Shown: piece after piece, positions 24,603 through 32,300 of the stretch
Numbering within the stretch: the stretch's first letter is position 1
How the letters are laid out: every line of letters begins with the position of its first letter
NCBI GenBank assembly: GCA_000320545.1
Contig: ADNK01000003.1
Span: forward strand, 1-34,493
Origin: Bigelowiella natans CCMP2755
Taxonomy: Eukaryota; Protista; Cercozoa
Length of the DNA stretch: 34,493 bases
Reading direction: 5' to 3'
Made by a program: the position numbers and the translations under genes
The notes under the pieces: model-generated
Database searches by the model: none
What the model was told of the DNA's origin: nothing
What the model saw: only the letters and a program-made list of their open reading frames with translations

Positions 24603-26399
24603 ATGAAAACTTACGGACGCTCGCGCTCTCTGAAGAGAAAATCTCTGAGTAACCCCATTAGCTCGAGGCTTGGGAAGTCACTAAAGCGTCGATCCATAAG
24701 TAGCCCTTCTGAGGCTGATTGCGGGGACTCGAAGACACCTAATTTTGAAGGAGAGTCTACATCCTCCTTTTCTGATCCTTATGGATTTGCATCTGATCCC
24801 TACGATACTACAACAAATAGCACAACCGAAGTCAAAGTTAGCTCATCAATAAATAAGCAACGAAAACCAAAATTGCAGCGTTCGCCCAGCTACGGCAGCT
24901 CCAAATCAGATGCTTTTGAGTTTACCACCGAACCCTGCGAGCCGACTCCATCTCAGCCGAGGGGGAAATTTTCGTATGTTACGAGGAAACCTAAAATCGA
25001 ACGCTCCAGAAGTGATGCATCTGTTGACGTAGAGCCATCACACGAGGACCGTGTGAAATTAGATGAGTTGGAGTACTTAATCGACGGGTTGAAAGAAAGC
25101 CAGAGCCTTACTGTCCGCCAGGTTAATGGAAAAGAGTTGGCCTCTGTGCTGAAGAAAGGGGAAGCACTAGTGCAAATGAGATATCTTGGATGCCATCGAA
25201 TATTTGAGAATTTTCAAAATATTGATGATGAGGCCTTAGGGTTGACTTGCGGTGTAATAGGATGCCTAGTTGCCCAGGAGGCCGCGAAAACGAAAATAGA
25301 GTTGATGCATTCATTCGTGCGAGCGATGAGCAACTTATTCCAATTTAAGAAATCCCTGAGAGAGCGTGAGAGCTCTGTGACTAGTGTTGGGAGTCCCACA
25401 ACAAGCAGGAATAGCAAGCGACGAAGGAGAATCTCTCGGAAATCATCTTCAAGGATCAATCGAACTGTATTGTGCCAAGAAATAATTTCGTATCTTGACT
25501 GGGAGAAATTAGGTACCGAAGAGCAAAAAAAAGTCTGTCCTTGCCTTCTTGCTCTACGCGCACTCTCACGCGGGGTCGAGAATACCAAGCTAAGGCAAAT
25601 TCTGATCATCGAGCATCCAGACGTATTGAAATTCATTGTAAAAGAATTTGTGGATGAGATAGGTGGCGAAGAAAAGCTGGTATTTGAGAAGCTTACACAC
25701 CTCGTATCGCTTCTTGAATTACTTACCCATGAAGATTCATCAGAGCCCATTTTTATAAACACTGTCGGAGAAGATCTTATGTCACAGCTTCTAGAACGCT
25801 TAGGGAATGTGATTTCTGCGTATCGAAAAGAAAGTGATAGAGCCGAGTTTACATCCTCATTGGCACTTGGATCTCTGAGAATTTTAGTAAATTTGACAAA
25901 TAACCAGATTGTTGGATCAAACATGACTCTTTCCCTATTGCCAGCGGTCTTTGGAATAGTATCAGATATTTCTTGCACTAACGAGTATCAATCCTTTAGC
26001 TTTGACATTGGAACGACTGCTATGGGGATTTTAATTAATTGTTGTGAACGGAACCATGAATGCTGCTTTAAAGTGGCAGCTTGCAGCACATTAAAGAAGC
26101 AAAATGCCTTGTTGTTTTTGGTGGATTTCTTTGAAAAGAATAGAGACCGCGAAGATATTGAATCGCAAGCTTTCGCGTCTTATTCAGCAATGTTATTGGG
26201 TTTTCTCGTTCAAGCTTCAGATAAATTTATAAAACCGGTTCGTAATCGAATACAGGACAATAGTTTTCAAGTTTTGGTTCAAGCGTTACGAGATTTTATC
26301 GTGCTTCAATGTAAAGCAAAGATGATAACCGAAGATTCTCTGAAATCGTTGGTGAGAGTCGTTGATTTCCTCCAGAAAGCAGACTCAAAATCAAAGTAG
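24603..26399 (+). CDS. WAPL: Wings apart-like cohesin release factor (intronless, 598 aa)
   Basis: Single ORF. N-terminal KTYGR (YSR-like), a disordered S/K-rich region with DPYGF and DAFEF (FGF-like), a WAPL-domain start DELEYLIDGL..SLTVR, and later LRILVNLTN, MGILINCCE and SYSAMLLGFL, typical of the helical WAPL domain. Confidence 0.88.
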   Translation: MKTYGRSRSLKRKSLSNPISSRLGKSLKRRSISSPSEADCGDSKTPNFEGESTSSFSDPYGFASDPYDTTTNSTTEVKVSSSINKQRKPKLQRSPSYGSSKSDAFEFTTEPCEPTPSQPRGKFSYVTRKPKIERSRSDASVDVEPSHEDRVKLDELEYLIDGLKESQSLTVRQVNGKELASVLKKGEALVQMRYLGCHRIFENFQNIDDEALGLTCGVIGCLVAQEAAKTKIELMHSFVRAMSNLFQFKKSLRERESSVTSVGSPTTSRNSKRRRRISRKSSSRINRTVLCQEIISYLDWEKLGTEEQKKVCPCLLALRALSRGVENTKLRQILIIEHPDVLKFIVKEFVDEIGGEEKLVFEKLTHLVSLLELLTHEDSSEPIFINTVGEDLMSQLLERLGNVISAYRKESDRAEFTSSLALGSLRILVNLTNNQIVGSNMTLSLLPAVFGIVSDISCTNEYQSFSFDIGTTAMGILINCCERNHECCFKVAACSTLKKQNALLFLVDFFEKNRDREDIESQAFASYSAMLLGFLVQASDKFIKPVRNRIQDNSFQVLVQALRDFIVLQCKAKMITEDSLKSLVRVVDFLQKADSKSK

Positions 26400-26987
26400 A
26401 ATGCTACGATCAGGATCAACCTGTTAGCCACTGTAGAAGGGCTGCTCCAGGGCGATCTACATAAAAATTGAAAAATTTAAAAATGTATAGACGAATGGTT
26501 ACTAAGCACATGAGGAACGTATGGTCACAGTACGAGCATGAGTAAGGAAATCAGGCAAGTAGCTATATTTTCCCCGATTCCGCTTCCTCCCAGTGTTACC
26601 TATACAGGAACAGAATTGAACTAACAAGCGATACAGTGCTGTTTCTATCTAGTTATGTGCACACTCACCACACGTATTCCTCACATTAGGAACGTAGCAG
26701 CAGGTGTGACAATTGGTTAAACAAACCATTAGAATCAGAGGCCCAAGAGTACTAGAGTATTGCAATTGTGACTTCTTCCAGCTGTGTGAAGCGGCGCTTT
26801 TCTAGGCATACATTGATTGTATGGCACGCTACATGTTACAATTCAAATGACGTTGCACATTGCCCATAAATAGCATTGTTAAATTGTGAGAGCATAGAGA
26901 TAGATGCAGTGCATGTTGCAAAACTAGAAAACACATACACACACACAATAACATCGAATAACACGGCAGCATGTGGCTCATGCAATG

Positions 26988-27055
26988 TGAGACGGATGTA
27001 ACAAACAAATTAAATTTATTCAATGGTCACCCTGATGTAGCTATGCAAAGCAGCA
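26988..27055 (+). repeat. Dispersed 68-bp repeat, copy B
   Basis: Ungapped 55/68 identity to 20311-20378; both copies lie shortly downstream of a CA tract. Confidence 0.8.
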
Positions 27056-27417
27056 GCTACAGCGCTTAGGGGCTCGCTATGATGCAATGTGTAGTCCATG
27101 TGCACCAGCAACGCTCTAGTTAGACGCTGGAAAATCTAGAACGCTGCAACGTGCACCGCGCACACACGCGCGCGATGCACAATGCTGAATGCTAGAATAC
27201 CCTGCTAGTCTGTTGCTTTAATTTGATCTGTGATGCGTACTCGGCACCATGCATCTCTAGAGATGGCATGCTCTAGCTAGCTAGTGCTGGGGTGCAAACG
27301 TGTGACACAATGCATGGATTTCAATGCAATTTCTGCTAGCATAGTTACGATAGACACAATTCTAGAATTACTCAGAGCTAATTCAGATGATGTCGATGCA
27401 ATCCAGCTCATATTGTT

Positions 27418-28864
27418 TTAAACTGGTGATACGAAAGAACGCCGCTGACCACGCTCAACATTTTCGTTTCTGCTTTGCACAACACATTTCTCCAGCAGTC
27501 TCACTCTTGATCCACCCCTCCTTATCACTGGGACAATGACGTCCATAGACAAATTATTCCTTGAGTGCTTGTTGGATACTTTGTTGTCTCTTACCATAAT
27601 CCTCCGGGCTACATTACTCATCGAAGTTTTATTCGGCTGTTGAGAATGGGTAAGAGATGAACGACTTCTTGCAATTTTATTGTGTTCCACAAAATACTGT
27701 CTCCCATTGAAAGTCTCTTGTTCCTCAATATTGCTATTCCATGCTTCTCTATTAAAATCCCTTTCAACCTCTAGCATTTCCTGATAATTAAGGGAACACT
27801 TCTAAATGTAATTACAACTAACTCAGGGTCCATATAAAACTATACTTTCATTCGCCAATACTTCGCGCTAGCTACTGAAGGAGCATAAAAACCAGGGAAT
27901 GTGAAGAAATGCACAAATTTTGCCCTTCCTATTTAGAAGTGCAGTACAAAAACAGCTTCAACGAGCAAGGAAAATGACATGGACCACAAAAATGTATACC
28001 CATGTGCATGTAGAGTATGAAAATTGCCTGAGAGAAAATAATATGGTATTGCATTACGAAGCTATCATTAAATTTGTTCTTATGACTGCACTTGAGCAAT
28101 TCCAAGACTAGTTGCAATGTCCGAACCAATGTTGTAGGGAATGCTCGTGTAGATTCCAGCAATTACAGCAGCTAGTTAGTTTTTGAATGGAATTACAGAA
28201 TTGTGATTAAATTTTTGTGGAGAAATGTACCAACTGGTGCACCATGCACAAATCCAACAATAACTCCAAAAATTAAGGCTGCGAATGGAACCCAAATTCC
28301 TTTGCATTTTGAACATTGAATGAAGATCGTCTGGGTTGAGAGCAGAAAGTAGGTGCTTCCTACAACCTATCATTGTGTGTCCCGAATAAGCCACAAAAAG
28401 AATTATGATTGTTGCAACTTGATTCTTACCGTCACAGTCCAAACTAGTTCACGAATCGTAGGTAGTGTATTGGAAGTACATGGTGAAACGACAATTAGAC
28501 ATCAGACAGATGTTCGACTTGTAAGTGTAAAAACATTGGAGTTTCGTGTAATTTTCACCTTCGTGCAATCAATTGATAACAAATAAGGCTGAATGAATGG
28601 TATTCATGTTTACCAGTGATGAAGGTCCATATTTCTACATGCAACCAAAATGTAGAGCTTCAGAGTTGACAAATGTGTCCGTGAAATAAACATGGATGAA
28701 CAAACAGTAAGCAATGAGCAATCACATTTGAAACCTTGAAAACCGGAAAGGAATATAACATCTCGTGTCGTTGGCACTGGATCTGACTCCTGAGCTACAG
28801 ACTGCTTTGATGCTAAGAGCACGCAACAGACGAGAAACAGAGTCGAACCCAATCGGGTTCCCAT
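27418..28864 (-). CDS. Hypothetical membrane protein with signal peptide (multi-exon)
   Basis: MGTRLGSTLFLVCCVLLASKQSVAQE is signal-peptide-like. TM-like exons: WVPFAALIFGVIVGFVHG, AAVIAGIYTSIPYNIGSDIATSLGIAQ, AIFILYMHMG. The last exon cag|EMLEVERDFNRE... stops at 27418. Confidence 0.6.
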
Positions 28865-29017
28865 TCCAAATTTGAACAAATTGTTCGCACTGACAGAACG
28901 AATCAGGTGTTCGTGCACATCACACCTGCGACATCAAGGGATGTCTGTCGTTTGCATCATTGTTCATTGTTCACAAGCAGTGTCATCACTCAGCATGTCT
29001 TTCCCTGGAGGTCAGTT

Positions 29018-29343
29018 TGTTGCGCGTAAGGTGTTCACAGGCCGAGGCGCTACGTGCACAAGTAGGCAGGGGGGGGGAAAGGCACGTTTGCTTCCTTTTG
29101 AAGAGTTGTGTTTATTTTTATTAAAGATTATATTTTTATTAAATCGTGCACTGCGTAATCATTCGCGAAGCTTTCGCGAATGCCGCCGCACGTGGGGCAG
29201 CACACTTCCGGTGTGCTGCCATGAGTCCCGCCGGAACCCACGTGCCTATGCTGTATTAATATCTACGTTATCTATATTCTATATCCGCGACAACCCCTTT
29301 GTTGTCGCACGTGACTTGTGCCCGCGTAGTGGTACGCGCTACA
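29018..29343 (-). repeat. 3' LTR (326 bp)
   Basis: On the minus strand it begins TGTAGCGCGTA right after the PPT and ends TACGCGCAACA (TG...CA ends, 10/11 terminal inverted repeat). AATAAA motifs on the minus strand at about 29111-29140. Confidence 0.92.
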
Positions 29344-29351
29344 CCTCCCCC
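29344..29351 (-). other. Polypurine tract
   Basis: GGGGGAGG lies immediately before the TG of the 3' LTR, with a further purine run (AAGGAAGGAAGGAAGGAG) just upstream. Confidence 0.85.
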
Positions 29352-29394
29352 AAGTCACGTTGCTCCTTCCTTCCTTCCTTATTCCCTTAGACCT

Positions 29395-32300
29395 TCATCG
29401 CTTTCGGAACTTCACCAACCACCAGGTAATAGATTCCTCTCTAACCTTATCTCCTTTGTCGCTTACCCAGAACTCACCTTCGTCCTTAGGTTCGTGTCCA
29501 TACCAGCCCTCTGCATCAAGGTCCCCCAGGACCTTATACCAGTGCTCAAAGGGTAAGTCGGGAACAGCTAGGTAGAGTAGCTGATATTTTCCGTCCTTTA
29601 TTTTCATAGCTACCCTCTCCATATTTCGTAATCCAGGGTAGCCTAGATAGACAATCTTCATGCGCCAATCGTCGTTCACCCTGACCTTATTGTTTCCATA
29701 TTCCACATCGAACTTAGGTCGGGGTCCTAAACAAGGCATTGCTCGCTCCCACACAGTAGGGTTTACTTTAACATCCTCTAGGAGCTTCTCACCGATATCA
29801 TAATTCTTTAGGTGACTGATGTGGCGCAAGGTGACCCTGTTCCCATCATAGATGTAGTACTGCTTCCTCCCCTTCCTCTCGGTAACCTTTGCAACGCCAC
29901 CCCAGAAGGGGTCTTGTTTATTTCTCGATCTCAGATTTACCTTGGCCCTAACATACTGTCCTTCCTTTAGAACTCGGCCATCGTACGGGACCTTCTCGTC
30001 TTCGCTCTCGGTATCGTCGTCGTTGTCGTCGCCTTCTTCCCTCTCCTTATCCTTGATACCTCCCCCAGACGTGAAGGTGTCGTTTACTAACCCTTGTATC
30101 TTGTCTGGTGTGGTGCTATTTATCCTGCTTAGGTTGGCTAAGGTGCGGTGGAGTCGCTCTACCTTGGAGTTGGACTGGGCATAGTATACAGGTGAGGCAT
30201 CAATATTAGGGTGTGGTAGCTGTAGAAGAGAGGTCTCATTATCCACATGTAACTTCTTTGGTATCTTGTTTATGCTAACTTCATCAGGGATAGCCTGGAG
30301 CTCAGACTCCCAGGTACGGTAGCAGTTAGTAAGCCTCTGCTTATATAAGCCTTTGTTCTTCTTAGCAACGTTGACCTTGATAATCTTTTTAACCCAGCAC
30401 TTTCCAGTGGCCACATCAACGAAGGTAAGGTAGTGATAGCCATCGTACTTATAAACATCAATTTGCACGATATCTAAGAAGTTCCTTGCTTTGATTTTCT
30501 TAGATGCACGGCTCTTGCTGGACTCCTTGGTGGCGACGCCTGCCGCCTTCAAGCTGGAGCACCTGCAGCCACGCAGGTATGTCCTTATCTCTTTTAGCTT
30601 GTAGGGCCAGTAGTAATGGTAGAGTAGAGCAGTGATATGGTTTTCTCCTACGTGTGCAGGTCCATGGGCGGTAAAGAGAAGGGCTCCCCTGGTCCGCCGT
30701 GGCACGTAGGTACGCCTAACATTATTAGTGTATACATATATCCTATCACTAAGTACCTCATGCTTGTGTTTGTATTTATCCAGGTGTTCTTGAAGGTGCT
30801 GGAGCTCCTCTGGCTCAGGCAGGAAGTCGCCGTCCTCGAAGGTAATCGCGTTAACCATAGGGGTGACCTGGGTAGGGACTTTCTTTTCGAACAGCCTGCT
30901 GAAATAGTCAGCAAGCTGCTTGTCTCCTGGTGCGTAGACCACTGTCCTCTTGTCCCTAAACTCTTCCGTGTCCGCCCTCATAGCTGCATACTCATCGTTA
31001 GGCGCTTCGAGCTTGCGGTCGATGCCTAGGAGGGGCTTGTGGTCAGTCATTAAGGTGAAGCTGGGCACCGACAGCAGGTAGTATCTTAGTTTCCTCTGCG
31101 CCTCAGTCATGGCTTTATACTCTCCTTTTGTAGGGCTGTACTTGGCCTCAGCTGCTGTGCAGGCCCTGCCCCACACCCGTATGATCTGCTGGTCTTGGGT
31201 AAGTACAGCAGCCATACCTAGCTTAGACCAGTCTGTCCATAGGGTAGCTGGTCTAGTAGTGTCTACCTTAGCATTCAATAGGGTGTTGCTGCATAACTTT
31301 ATTAGGTTATCGAAGTGGGCATCAAGGCCAGCCTTGGCCCACACCTTAGCGAAGCTGAGGCCTACAGAGTTCTCCTTCCGGTAAGCAGTAGTAAAAGCAG
31401 CTGCAGTCCTAGCGTAGGTAGGGGAGAACCTACGTAGTATCCAAGCTGCAGTCTGCAAGAATGACTTTAACTCCTTTGCATTCTTAGGTTTAGGGGCTTG
31501 CTGTAGTGCTGCTACTTTCTCGGGGTTTGGGGTGATGCGGCCTTGCTCCAGGTAATATCCACACCACTTGATTCTTGTAGCTAGGAATGTACACTTCTGC
31601 AGTCTAATAGTAAAACCGAAGTGTGCAAACCTAATAAATATATTTTCCAGGAGGAAGATCTGAGCGACGACTGTGTTGGTACATATTATGTCATCATCCA
31701 CATACACAAACACAAACACCCACAACACAGACGCCATCCCATCATGTGTGTATGCCCTGTAGTTCTGACTACTGAACGCATCCCCTGATATGCTTAGGCC
31801 GTAAGGGAATACGACGAAGTGCCACTTCCTGTGCCTGCTGGAGAACGCGGTAATGGGGCGGGAGGTTTTGTGGATGGGTGTCTGCATGTATGATTCATTT
31901 TTATCTAGGGAAGAGTAGTATTTGTATCCTATGACGTGTTCAATAACGTCATCTATCCTTGGTGTAGGTGTCTGGATCCTCTTTATTACTCGGTTGTGGC
32001 GGATGAAGTTGTGCGCCAGGCGGAAGAAAGGGTAAGTAGGTTTCTTAGCTAGCACATGTCTCACGTTCCATGGTGAGTTGCTTGGCTCTATCTTCCCTTC
32101 CTTTGCCCATTCATTGATCTGCCACTCTATCTTTTCCCAGTCCGCTTCCGGTCGCCTATGTTCTGGGTCATTGATGATGCACTCTTCGTATCCCTTCTTT
32201 AGCTCGATCTTTACTGGGGTAAGCTTGCTGGAGGGCTTCGTCGTCGGCTTGGTGATGTCAGAGTACTTCTCGTTTAATATTTTATTAATGTACTTTTTGC

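Noticed and set aside
25214-25978. 254-aa antisense ORF
   Set aside because: Lies wholly opposite WAPL and has no motifs; a shadow ORF.
28872-29390. 172-aa plus-strand ORF
   Set aside because: Non-ATG start, crosses the host/LTR junction, no recognisable domain.
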